Of a stretch of DNA of 64,000 bases, positions 22,777-34,447 are shown in pieces (position 1 is the stretch's first letter; each line of letters begins with the position of its first letter). The notes beneath the pieces are model-generated. The model searched no databases. It was not told the origin of the DNA and was given only the letters and a program-made list of their open reading frames with translations. The stretch lies in assembly GCF_011745625.1 (NCBI RefSeq), contig NW_027191465.1:372001-436000 (forward strand). The letters are read 5' to 3'. Source of the stretch: Cladosporium halotolerans (lineage: Eukaryota). A program made the translations under genes and the position numbers.

Positions 22777-22815
22777 GGATGGCATGCCCAATTTTCACTG
22801 ACCTATAGTAGTGTG
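22777..22815 (-). pseudogene. Degenerate 5'-terminal fragment of 5S rRNA
   Basis: 22784-22815 (atgcccaattttcactgacctatagtagtgtg) matches 18991-19022 (atgcccagttttcactgacctatggtcgtatg) at 28/32 positions in the same orientation. Confidence 0.8.
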
Positions 22816-23076
22816 AATTCTACTCCCATACTCCATACAATATGGGGGTTTCAAACATGCGATAGGCTGAGGCCACATCCGTCAACTTTAGCTCACATAT
22901 CATGTCGGCAATCCACGAATCTGCAGACCTGAGCGGGCTCGGAAAGCACTTTTCACCTCGTCTCGCGTTGACATGCAGATTCGACAATGACAGGACTTGC
23001 GTGGTCAATAATAGGAAGGTCTCTTTCGTCGGTCGACCTCAATGCAGAATCTAGACACTCCCGCCGCATCAACCAT

Positions 23077-24939
23077 CTACAGGGCTTTAGCCGTGCCGTG
23101 CAAAGCCTCGCCCACGTACTTGGCCAGCGCAATCATCTTCTCCTCCTGTAACCTGCGACCGACCAACTGCACGCTCACGTGAGCGCCGTCGTAAATTTCG
23201 GGGTCATCTGTAAATCAAGAGTCAGTCTCACATTGCCATCAACCGATATTCGAAAACGAGAAACTTACAATTATCCTGCGTCTCCTGATCAACCTCATCA
23301 ACCGCCTTGAAACTCTCGTTCTTCTTGTCGACGTTCTTATCCACCTGCGTAACCGGCACGACAACACTCGTGTAATCCAGCACATTGACGAAGCTCGAGT
23401 ACGTCAAATACGTGTACTTCGCCGGCCGCGCCGCCGCGAACGGCGCCAGTGGGCTGATCACCGCGTCCACGGGCCTGCCGGTCCCCGTCAACTCCGCGGT
23501 CGAGTTCCAGTACTCCATGTACGCCTTCTGCGCCTCGCGCTTCGCGACGTTGACGCGCATGATGTCGCTCGCGGTTTTCTGCGGCTCGTCGGCGGATATG
23601 AGCTGGGGAGCGGGTTCTTCGCCTGAGAGGGCGAAGGCGGCGCGCGCGTCGGCGCCGCCGTCGAAGGCGTAGATTTCGGAGGCAAGGGAGGCGAGGTGCG
23701 AGTGTGGGGGGTTGGGGTTCCAGTCGATTACTGTGTGGCCGCGGGCGCGGAGGGTGGCGGCGACGAGGTTCAGGGCGCGGGTTACGGGCGGGTGAGGGGC
23801 GCAGGAGCCGTCGTGGGAGAGGAGGGCGAAGGAGAGGGGGGTGCTGGTGCGGGAGTGGAGGTCGGAGATGGCGAGGTCGGCGGTTGGGCGCCAAGGGATG
23901 TCGTGCACGAGGGGGTCGTGGAGCCAGGGGGAGGTGCTGAGGATGGCTTGCGTGAGGAGTTTGAGGGCGCCGGGGGTGGTGGCCAGGGGGCCCACGACGG
24001 AGAGGATGCTGTTTTGCCCGTCCCAGCTGTTGGCCATGCCTTCGTAGGGGAGGCGGCCGGCGGACGGGCGCAGGCCGTAGAGGCCGTTGAAGGCGGCGGG
24101 AATCCTGATGGAGCCACCTGGGGTGGTGTGAGTATGTTGGTTCTGCAGGAGACAAGGTCATGATTGACACACCAATATCAGTGCCAAAGCCAGCACAGCT
24201 ACCGCGAAGTCCGATCAAGGCTCCCTCGCCGCCTGATGAGCCGCCGGAGCTGAGATTGCGGTTCTTGGGGTTCCAGGTATATCCGATAACGTTGTTGACG
24301 GTCTCACCACACATCAATGTGTGAGGGACCGAAGTCTTGCAGTATAGGGTGGCACCAAGCTTGCGCAACTCGCTGACCATCTCGCTCTCAAAAGTGCGCT
24401 CCTTACCGGTGTTCTTCTGGCCCTGGAAGTTGCCGATCCAGCCAACATATCCCATATGAGTGTCCACGCTGTGACAAGTTAGGCAGGCTCCAGACTCAGC
24501 ACCACAGTCCCTCAGATTGGACCTACCCTTTGACATGGAACTGATCTTTAAGACTGACAGGCAGGCCGTGGAGAGCTCCGATCGGCTTCTTGTGCTCCTT
24601 GAAGTAGTTGTCCGTTGTCTCGGCCTGGGCAATAGCTTGATCGAAGAAGATCTCGTGCAAGCAGTTGACGAGCTGGTGCGCGATCGACGCGCGGTGGCAG
24701 AACGCCTTCGCAACCTCTACAGCCGTCCATTGCCCGCTAGTAGTCTTCTCGACAATCCCCACGGCGTCTGTCTCGGTGATCTCAATCTCCTTCTTATCTA
24801 AGAACTGCTGGATATAGGCGCCGGTGACATCGCGCTGCTTGTCCGCGGACGGTATGTCGGAGATGCGCCATTCCTGTGGGATCAGCGACAAGACACTGTC
24901 GGCTTTGTTCTGCGCGGTCTGCTTCCAGTCCCCTGCCAT
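23077..24939 (-). CDS. Amidase signature family enzyme (acetamidase/general amidase)
   Basis: Four exons. LHGLPVSLKDQF (catalytic Lys), GGSSGGEGALI, GTDIGGSIRIPAAFNG, and final VQLVGRRLQEEK. Confidence 0.93.
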
Positions 24940-26546
24940 GGTGTTGCTTTCTTCGGGTCGCTGAATGTTGGCCTGGATCTTTCGCCAGTCGCTAGGCTTG
25001 ATGTGCTTTTTGAACGGGGACTCTTGGGCCTTTTCCATAGGGAGAACAATATAGATGGAAGAGAGATCCAACCTACCTTCTACTTCGAGTGAAACAGACA
25101 GGCAGCCCTCAGGTTTGAGCTGTTAGCTTATCTGAAGGTTGTGTTGTCGACCTTCCCTTTGCAGAGAGAAGGCGGGGACGGCACTTGGTGAGGGGAGGGG
25201 TTGTGCTCCGGTCATCGGAGGTGCTGAAGCTGAGCTCCTTTTAGCCGTCTTGACGACTTCCTGACTTGAACGCAGCAACATCGAACACAATGCAGTGGAG
25301 AGAGATTGTCCGAATGCACGAATGGCGCCTCGGGTGTCTTCAGCTGTGCATGCGGGTTGAACAATAATTCAAGCAGCACTTGTGAAAGCAGAGTCCGAGT
25401 GTTGCTTTGGCCAAGCTCCTCTCCCCCATGAAGCTGTCCTGTCGCGGCAGAGCGAGCTCCACACTGCATCATCGTTGCAGGGTCGCCCTTCGGCGGGAGT
25501 AAGGAGTGCCATTACGTGAAGTCTTCGGAGGGACGTACATCCGCCTCCAGCCAGGTGAGCGACGAGCCGGGTCCGAGAAGGCATAACTCATACCTCTCCA
25601 GAGTTTTCGCATATGCTGTGCGACGTTGATCTTTGCACAGCTCTCCGGGGGCCATCCCAAGATCTAACATGAAGCTGTTAATCATCGTGCATGCATCTGC
25701 CGAGCCGGGCGCATCGGACGTGTTTCTCACCGTCTAGATGCCCATTTGCATCTTTCATCGAGCCACGCGCGTACTAGCATGGTGGTACCGGGATGACATG
25801 GACGTGCACGCGTTCGTCTCAGAATCGCGGAAATAACGTTACTTGCATGCGCACGTGCACGGAGTTTGCGCTCTGAGGATCAATTGGCACCTCACGCTCG
25901 GGACAAGCTCGCAGCCACCAAAAGGCTTGGTCAATAACAATCCCCAGAGACATTCCTGGAGAGCCTCGGCCTGCCAGCCGTATGCACAATCGCATAGCGT
26001 TACCCGCGAATCATGAATGGCTTGGCCATCTACCGAACGCCCGTGATGAGGCTCTTCTCCACGATTCGTGCCGTGGGGGCCCCACGATAGGATTGACATC
26101 GACCGATGACACGGCCTCCCCATAGCACTCCCTCCGTCAGCCCGCGTGCTCCACAAGCCTTTCGTCCGCCAATCGTCTGGTTGGCTCGATGATTCTTCGG
26201 GCAGGCGATCGTCTCTATGGACCCGCGCGGGAGACCTGAGAACGACGAACTCTGGAGAGTGTGGGGATGATGATGGAACTGGCTGAGGGGAAGGTTGATG
26301 ATCGACGGCTCGGCCGCGTCAGAATGGAATAGCAGCAACGGTGAAGAGCCGCATGAGCTTCAATGGCTGTGTCAATCTCTGCTTGGTTGTTTCGGAGCCG
26401 GATGTTCTTTAGACTGGGTGTGCCTCGTCTTCGTTCCGTCGACGTCCTGCTCATCGCGCCGCACGTGCGACACCATATCGCATTGGACATCCCATCCGCC
26501 CAAACTCCTTACTGACCACTGAGTACGCCGTGCCATCGTCACCACC

Positions 26547-27499
26547 ATGACGGACTTGAAAGCGTCTTCCGACCGCGAGCTCGCGCAACACCGTGAGCGA
26601 CACAACAGCTATGGCGGCAACCCGCTCGCTCACATCCACTCGAGCGATTCCGCGCGCCTGCCAGCCTTTGGAGGTGCCGCGCAGCCGGGTCTCTACAAGC
26701 CTCCGAAGACACAGATCGCGAACCCCGTGCCTCTAGGACTTGCTGGATTCGCCTTCACGACGTTCTTGCTTAGCTTGGTCAATCTGGGTACGAGGAACCT
26801 CAGCCAGTCGACCATCGTCATCGCACCTGCGCTGGCGTACGGTGGTTTCATCCAGCTGCTTGCCGGCATGTGGGATATCGCTATTGGTACGTATTCTAAC
26901 GATCCACGTCGTCTGCCCTCAGCAGTCTTGACCACCTGACTGACCGAATCCCAGGGAACACCTTCGGAGGCTGCGCCCTCTCTTCTTACGGCGGCTTCTG
27001 GATGGGCCTCGCGATCCTCGAAATCCCCGGCGGCTTCCGAGTCGCTGAAGCATATGGCGGACAGACTCCAGACTACTACACCGCTTTCGCCCTCTACGTA
27101 AGTTAACAACCCCAACGCCCCCGAAACCTTCAACCGCTGACCATCAACCCCCAGATCTTCGGCTGGTTCATCTTCACCGTCCTGATGTGGCTCCTGACCC
27201 TCCGCTCGACCCTCGCCTTCAACACGCTCTTCCTCAGCGTCTGGATCGCCTTCATCTGCCTCGGCGTCGGCTACCTCGACGCGCGCAACACGGCAGACGG
27301 CGCGCCGAACGTGCCTTTGACGCGCGCTGGAGGTGTGTTCGGTATCATCGCGTCGTTCATCGCGTGGTATAATATGATGGCGGGTCTGCTGGATCGCTCA
27401 AACTCGTTCTTTTTGGTGCCTGTTGTGCACTTTCCGTGGAGCGATAAGGGAAGGGAGGCGAGGAGGAAGAAAAGTGAGGATGGGGATTCGATTGTGTAG
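26547..27499 (+). CDS. Gpr1/Fun34/YaaH (ATO/AcpA) acetate-ammonia transporter
   Basis: Three exons. NPVPLGLAGFAFTTFLLS signature, YGGFIQLLAGMW, GNTFG..SSYGGFW, AFIAWYN-like final helix. Confidence 0.93.
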
Positions 27500-28877
27500 G
27501 TGTGATGGGGATGGGTAGGTTTTCTCATTGGTAGATTCTTTTAGAAAACGAATCATCTGATCGTCTCGTGATTTCATTGCGTACCTTATGGTCCATCGAT
27601 GATGAGTTGATTGGTCGGTTCCGACATCACTTAGTTTTATGAAAAGGCGCCTTCCGCGCAACCACGCAGAAACATTATCAGACCTTACTTCAGCCAGCCT
27701 TGTGATACAGAAAATCCGCGCACGGCCAATGCTAAACGCAACCGTCAGCCGCAGGAACAGATGTCAGCTGCGGAGGAGGCTTTGTAACGCGGTGTAACGC
27801 GCTACATATCATACCCAAGAACACCAACACATGCTTAAAATCAATAGCCATGCTCACCGTGCCACAAGAGCTTGACATTCCTGCAACGAACTGCCTTGAT
27901 CAACGCTGCCGCTCTCCGGAATCCGCATGCGCCACAGTTCTAGACGCACATCATGCACCTAACATAGAGCTGCAGCGCGATCAACGGCTCGAACATGCCG
28001 CTGCCCTGGCAAGCGGCCCGCAGTCCTTACTGGTCTAAGCAAGCGAGTGCTGTATCGCAAGCTCCCGCGAGTTCGCTCGTCGCCGACGCCCGGCTGGCTC
28101 ATCAGCATGGCAGCAAGCAGCGTGGGATGGACGCGGCCGGCTGACGAAGCGGTCTCATGATCTTCGGGAGCACAGCTGCTGGGCACATGCAAGTTCGGAT
28201 GCAGGTATCGAGGCACATGCAGGTTCAGGTGGGCTTTTGATCATGGCTGTGTTATGTGTGTATGCAGGAGTGGGACTGGGAAGTAGTGGCGAGAATAGTA
28301 CGCGCAAACGGACAGCCCTACGCTGTGGAGCCTGGATCTGTGGCTGGACTGCGAGGGCCCACAGCTGGTGTGGCTGCTGCGGGCTTTGGTGAGACTGGTG
28401 GGGAGGGAGTGAGGCAGGCGGTGGGAGGGCGAGTGATGAGGTGATACTTCGCGGTTTGCGTGTAGTGGAGAGTAGTGATGCTCTTGATGTCGTACAATCG
28501 TTGCAGTAACTCCACACAGTCTAAGATTATCAACATTGCACATCCTCGCCATAACATTACAGCCCAAAACATCAACACCCCGCCAAGGCCGCGCCCGATC
28601 ACTCCGCCACCGGACGGCCAGACAGTGTGACGTCGAGGCCCGGCCGCACAGCCCGCGTGAAGGAGGTTGCAGCTGCAGGCCGCTCACTTGCGCGCGCCCA
28701 CTCGACTCGCTCGCCCAACTACGAGCGCCGCCGACAGGCGCATCCCAGTCAAACTTTCCTTTATCACCCAGCGCCGCGCCGCGACCCCAAACCCCCTGGC
28801 TCTTTCGCCCCTCCCGCAACTTCGCGGTCCCGCTGACTCAAAAACACCCCTTCACCCTCTCTCTCGTCCACAGAGGC

Positions 28878-29894
28878 ATGTCCGCCTACGACGACGACTA
28901 CGAACCCCGCCCTCGCCGCCACAGAGACCCTCGCCCGCCCTATCCTGACGAGCGCTTCGCTCCTGCGCCCGCCGGCCCCATCCCAGCTGCGCCGGACGCT
29001 CCCCCAGCGGCGAGCACCTCTGCCAACAGCCTCCCTCCTCCACCGCTCGGCAGCGCCATCAAACGCGAGGGCAGCCGCAACCGCAAGGCTCACCTGAAGC
29101 CGGAGTTCCCGGACGAAGCTTCATTCCTCAACGCCCGCTCCCACGACCTCGAGGGCAAGAACCGCGCCAACGACCGCCGCTTCAGAGAGAAGCGCGACGG
29201 CTACGAGGACGACGAAGGCGAGCGCCACAGACGAGCCATGGCGCCCGGACGCAGACCGCGCTACGACGACGAAGACGACCTGCCGCCGCCGCCCCGCGGC
29301 AGCCGCAGAAGAGACCGCGACCCTCCCGCAGACATGTACGGCCGCCCACCACCGCGCGACGACCCGTACGACGACCGCGAGCGCCGCCGCCCTCCGCCCC
29401 GCCGCCGCGACGACTACGACGACGAGGACAGCCTGCCGCCGCGCCGCAAAGGCCCCAGAGACGGCGTCGAGTACGGCGCGGAGCCTATCAAGCCGCGGCG
29501 CCGCGATACGGACCGCGGTCCCCCGCCGCGCAGACGCGATGACGACCGCCGCCGCCGTGATAAGTACGACTACTCCTCGGACGAGTCAGACTACCGCCCC
29601 CGCCGCCGGCGCAGCGAGGAGCCGCCGCGGCGTAGGCGCGACGACCGCTACGACGATGATTACGACGAGCCCAGGCGCAGGCGTGACGATGGTCGCCGCA
29701 GGGACAGGAGCAGACGCCGGTACTCTGATGACGAATACGACGACCGCCGTCGCGACCGCGACAGGCCGCCAAAGGAGATCAAGGTTGGCAAGTACGACGT
29801 GGGCCCGTGGCTGGAGAAGGGCCAGAAGTACTACGGCGTGGTGGCGCCCATTGTGACGCCGATGGTCATGAACTACCTGAGGAAGAAGAAATGA
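28878..29894 (+). CDS. Arg/Asp/Pro-rich low-complexity protein
   Basis: Intronless ORF with strong C/G-ending codon bias. Mixed-charge RRRDDD tracts and a short folded-looking C-terminus (KYDVGPWLEKGQKYYGVVAPIVTPMV). Confidence 0.7.
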   Translation: MSAYDDDYEPRPRRHRDPRPPYPDERFAPAPAGPIPAAPDAPPAASTSANSLPPPPLGSAIKREGSRNRKAHLKPEFPDEASFLNARSHDLEGKNRANDRRFREKRDGYEDDEGERHRRAMAPGRRPRYDDEDDLPPPPRGSRRRDRDPPADMYGRPPPRDDPYDDRERRRPPPRRRDDYDDEDSLPPRRKGPRDGVEYGAEPIKPRRRDTDRGPPPRRRDDDRRRRDKYDYSSDESDYRPRRRRSEEPPRRRRDDRYDDDYDEPRRRRDDGRRRDRSRRRYSDDEYDDRRRDRDRPPKEIKVGKYDVGPWLEKGQKYYGVVAPIVTPMVMNYLRKKK

Positions 29895-30608
29895 AGGAGG
29901 AATTTGATGATGTGACATGATGTCTTTGAAGCACGAATGACACGGCCTGGCGTCGGCACGGCGGGCATCAAGGGCAGCAAGCGGGCTTGTGGCGGGCTTG
30001 TGTGTGTTTTTCATGCATACATATGGGTACGTGTGGCTTAGGTATACCCCTCAATTAATTCTGGCGTTCCGGTTTCTCTTTCACAGTCACTGCAGTCTGC
30101 AGAAGTCTCTCCGATCCATCTAGAAGTCTCTTCACAGCTATCCGCTATCTACGCCTATCGGAGGCCGCCACGAGGCCCGGCTTTGTCACGAGCTGTGAGG
30201 ACACCAGCTGTGAGGACACTCGCATGCGCATACACATTGACACCCGACGTGTTCTGGCCTCTCACATTGTCCGCAAAGTCATAAGAAAGAAGACGTTCGG
30301 GCTCGTGCTCCTTGGCATCATGTATGCCAGAGGTGTGAGGACGCAGAGAGGGAAGCTGCGTCCGGGAGCTGCCTGGAGCGCGCCGCAGCAAGCACGCGTC
30401 TAGGCGCGGGCGTGTGCGACGTATAGCAATTGACTTTCACAGATCTCTCCCGGCCGCGAGCTCTCATATGTACGCACTCGAAGGCGTTCTGCCAGTTTCC
30501 AGACACACCACAAGCTCTACCTCGCTGACTGGCAGAGCGCGTGTCACCCCTGAAAGACCCACCGACCACAACTCGAACGCCACATTCCACCCAACGCCAA
30601 ACCCAGCC

Positions 30609-33104
30609 ATGTCCTCCTACACCTACGAAGCTCACGAAGAAGAGCCCAGCAAGCCGTGCAAATGCTGCCGCCTTGCCAGCGGCCTCGACCTGCCCGTGCC
30701 CAAGTCGCTCGAGAATGAGCAGATCCGGCCGCTGGCCCAGGCCTTCTCGCACAGCATTTTCGCCGACTGGACCCGGCTGAACGCCATCCTCAAGCGCTTC
30801 GAGGCGCTGATCCAGAAGCGCTGGCTCAAGAAATCGGCCAAGCAGCGGCGGGAGACTCTGCTCGCCGTGCAGCCTTGCATCCCGCTCGTCCACAGGCCGG
30901 ATTTCGAGGGCTTCAGGAACTTCAATAATCGTCGTCTTGGGAGAGAGAGGATCTGTAGCTCGCACGCGCATCTCACGCCGTACATTAACCTTGAGGATTT
31001 GATGCAGGGGCACAATCTCTTGCTGTTCCTCAACTCTCGTGGCCGCAATTTGCCTGTGTTGTTCGCTTCGACGGAGGCGGACAAGGCTCACCTGGGCTAT
31101 GGATGGATCACGCAGCCTGAGCGGGATGGGTATGCTATGGCGTTTTACGGCAAGCAGACGCCTAAGCAGTACGGCAGCGTGACGAAAGTTGCGTTCCTTC
31201 CGCGCAGAATTGGCGCGGTGCAGAGCTACACCCCAATTTACGGTCTATTAATCCTAGAGATTCAGCAGAGCATCTATGGCTTCCTGTTGAAATGCGCCCA
31301 GGCAGTCTTGCATGATCTCAATCCGGCCGATTACAAGCTCGCACCTCACAAGCAGGAGCCTCCGCCCCCGAAGGACTCGACGGGCTCGTGGGCATCAATC
31401 TCGAAGCACACAATCGAAGCCTACTATCGCACGCCTCATGAGACAAGTCTTGACCGGATGAAGCTCCTAGTCGACAGCGGGCGCCTTTCTGCTGAAGACC
31501 ACGTGAGCTTGCTACGCGAAGATCCGGGCTACTTCCTCGAAAATCTCAAAGACTGGCACGAGTATTTCGGCTTACCGACAACCTCCAAAGTGACTATAGA
31601 GGCCTGGCAATCCGCAGCCGCAGACATGGTCGCAAACTCGCTCGACTGCCTATACACCTGGACCTGGATCGCCGACACATTCGCCGGCATGCGACCCCTC
31701 AGCGTGCAAATCGCCGCCGCCAACCGCAACACCCTGCGCCTCAACCCGGGCGACGAGTTCGTCTGGGCCGTGCTCAGTAGCGCCGTGGGCATCGCCTTCA
31801 ACCTCCCCATGGGAAACCTTCGCATATCCCTCCCGCGCTCCTCCGGGCTGCGTGGTGCCCTGCACCCTGCCCACGACCCCGCGACCTGCTGGACGAAGAG
31901 CAAATGCGCCTTCGGCTGCGAAAGCGAGTGGAACGGCAGATTCACCACCTCGCCCGCGCAGCTGCGCGTCTTTCACATCTTCCGCATGCTCGCGAACGTG
32001 GACGATGCGGGGCTTGCTCTACACGGGATCCGGCCGATCGTGCAGGAAGCGCACTATCTGCTCGAGCACGACGCCGAAGCCAGCCAGCTGCTCGATTCAT
32101 GCCTGCTCACGAACTTCTTCGACATAGCCGTCCTCGCCGACCTGGAGCACTGCATCTCGTCTTTCCATCCCTACAGCAAGGCATGGGTCGCGGCGGGACT
32201 GGAAGACGACCCCTACGTGCGCGCGGAGCTGAACTTGGACTACATCACTAAGTCGGAGGTCCTCGTGCATGCCGCGTGCCACGGCGGGCGCGCTGTCACG
32301 AGCTTGGGCAATCCGCTCGACAGCCGCTTCAGCTACCCCGTCGACAAGCGGCGGACGGCGGAGACGGTCAAGCAAATGCAGCGAGCGGAGAGCGCGCTCA
32401 AGGACTTTTGGGCGGAGCTGACGGTGCGGATGGACAAGTACGGCATCAAGCTCGAGAACATGCTGCGGTGCCATCTGAGCAAAGACCCGCTGGACGTGCA
32501 CGCCACGAGCGACTGGGCGGAAATCGAAGAGCGCGCGGGTCCACCCAAAACCCCTCTGCGCTCTCCTCACGCCGCCAATCTTACGGAAAACCTCCCACCA
32601 ACCCCAACAAGCACCACCACAGACAACCTCAAAACCTCCCTCCCGCACTTCTCGAAACCCAAGCCCAAAACCCGCGGCCCGCCCCAGCACCCCTCCCCAG
32701 CATCCTGCTCCCCTCCCCCGTCCCCCAAAACACCCGAACCCGAAGCCCAGGCCCCAAGGCCCAAGATCCTCCTCCCCCACCGCCACCACAAAACCCTCTC
32801 CGCCCTCCTCCCCTCCGCCTCGACCCGCCCGCACGCCCCGCGCGAAATCGCCTGGGACGACCTCCTGCAGGCCCTCAACGCGCTGGGCCTCGCGCCGGAG
32901 GAGCTGTACGGGAGCGTTTGGGTTTTTAGGCCGAAGGGCGAAGCGGAGGGCGCAGGGGGGTTGGTGCTGACGAGGTCGATTCAGATTCACGAGCCGAAGG
33001 AGGTGCGCAGGGGCGGGAAGGTGCCGGCGAGGATTTGTAGGAGGCTCGGGGGAAGGTTGAGGAGGGTTTTCGGGTGGGAGGCGGGGGGGTTTGGGTGTGT
33101 ATGA
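30609..33104 (+). CDS. Fungal hypothetical protein (~830 aa) with a possible HicA-like C-terminal domain
   Basis: Long intronless ORF. Motifs PYINLEDL..LLLFLNSRGR, AEDHVSLLREDPGYF, F.YPVDKRRT and terminal WDDLLQAL..LG....YGSVWVFRP...IQIHEP...RL..VFGW. Confidence 0.75.
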   Translation: MSSYTYEAHEEEPSKPCKCCRLASGLDLPVPKSLENEQIRPLAQAFSHSIFADWTRLNAILKRFEALIQKRWLKKSAKQRRETLLAVQPCIPLVHRPDFEGFRNFNNRRLGRERICSSHAHLTPYINLEDLMQGHNLLLFLNSRGRNLPVLFASTEADKAHLGYGWITQPERDGYAMAFYGKQTPKQYGSVTKVAFLPRRIGAVQSYTPIYGLLILEIQQSIYGFLLKCAQAVLHDLNPADYKLAPHKQEPPPPKDSTGSWASISKHTIEAYYRTPHETSLDRMKLLVDSGRLSAEDHVSLLREDPGYFLENLKDWHEYFGLPTTSKVTIEAWQSAAADMVANSLDCLYTWTWIADTFAGMRPLSVQIAAANRNTLRLNPGDEFVWAVLSSAVGIAFNLPMGNLRISLPRSSGLRGALHPAHDPATCWTKSKCAFGCESEWNGRFTTSPAQLRVFHIFRMLANVDDAGLALHGIRPIVQEAHYLLEHDAEASQLLDSCLLTNFFDIAVLADLEHCISSFHPYSKAWVAAGLEDDPYVRAELNLDYITKSEVLVHAACHGGRAVTSLGNPLDSRFSYPVDKRRTAETVKQMQRAESALKDFWAELTVRMDKYGIKLENMLRCHLSKDPLDVHATSDWAEIEERAGPPKTPLRSPHAANLTENLPPTPTSTTTDNLKTSLPHFSKPKPKTRGPPQHPSPASCSPPPSPKTPEPEAQAPRPKILLPHRHHKTLSALLPSASTRPHAPREIAWDDLLQALNALGLAPEELYGSVWVFRPKGEAEGAGGLVLTRSIQIHEPKEVRRGGKVPARICRRLGGRLRRVFGWEAGGFGCV

Positions 33105-34447
33105 TGTGACTTTACTTTTCTTTCAGCTTTTGTTCTTTGGGGGGATTGGGGGAGTGGGAGAAGGGGGGAGAGTCGATGTGGGACGGGATGGGAATGTTGC
33201 TGCCTGCGAGCTAGGGCGGGGCGGTTGATGGATTTTCCTTATTGCGTGCGCGCGTGCGTACGTATGTATGCACGTATTGCGACGCGTTCCTACTAGCTAA
33301 GCTAACATACATACTACGTACTACCTAATGCATGAACGAGCGTCTCGGCCTCACTTGGAAGCAATGTACACGACGCACACGCCAGCGGAACAATCGCAAC
33401 GGGTGGTGTCTTGCGCATGGATGCCTCGCCTCGCCTGACTAGAAGTGCACACTACTCAAGGCTTGCGTGGTCTGATCAGTCAGAAACGCAACCAACCCGC
33501 CGAGCCAAGCGACCCCGCCTCCGCCCGGCTGCGCACTGGGAAGGCTCTGATATTGATTCTGCTGCTTTTTCCGGATAGCTCGGACCTCAGGTTCGCGCGC
33601 GCAGTATGCTTGGCGGCGTGAGGTGAGGTGGTGAGTGAGGCTTGGAATGCAGGGTGTGGGGTTCGGGAAGGGCTGAGGACGGGGGCATTGCGCTACGGTT
33701 TGTGAAGGATTACGTGGATTGAGTTGGGGGGATACGCAGCGCTGAGCTGAGGGTGAAAGGGAGATGGAGGTGGTGGTACGGCTTTCTGAGGTCATGATAC
33801 ATAGATGATGAGATTCTCTGAAGGTCGATTGAGTTGGGTTTTGCATATGTGCGGACGTGTGTACGTCGTTATTTTGCGGAGAATATCCTGCGGGTGATGC
33901 GTAAGGTGCATGTAGATTGTACATACTGATGATGGGCAGACGGCGTGAGTGCTAAAGATAGCATCACGTGCGGGCGGGAAGGGCAGATGCCGAGAGAGCC
34001 GCAGGGAAGTGCCGATGGCTGCCTGACTGGCTGACTGAGGCTGGCGCAGTTTGCTCCGCGTGGCCTGGCGGCGCGAGGCGCGAGGCAGTCGGCACCGCCT
34101 CGTGGAGCTTCGAGGCACCCGCCGCGACTGACACCACTTTGCACCCTCTCCTAAGCCAAGCCTAGCGAGGCGACGACTGAGAGATGCCTTTTTTTGGCGA
34201 GCCCAACGCGCTTAACACCGCCCTACGCCCCCGTCTGCCTGACTGAACCTCCTCACCTCCCTGTCTGTATCCACGCGATCTTCTCTCGCGCCCAACGTCA
34301 CCGCGTGCCGCTGAAACACTCCCACTACCACGGAAACGTTGGCGCAAAACGGCTTTTGGCCACCCCGCGTTCCCGCCTCGCTGTGATCGCCCGACCGACC
34401 TGTGCGACAACCAACAACTCCCTTCCCGGATAGAGCAGCAAACAACC

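Noticed and set aside
28536..29894. R/D-rich repeats as the RiPP precursor for the DUF3328 enzyme
   Set aside because: No signal peptide, no regular core repeats, and 26 kb away from the enzyme.
33240..33330. Alternating purine-pyrimidine and TACA-like tract
   Set aside because: Short low-complexity 3' flank; no evidence of function.
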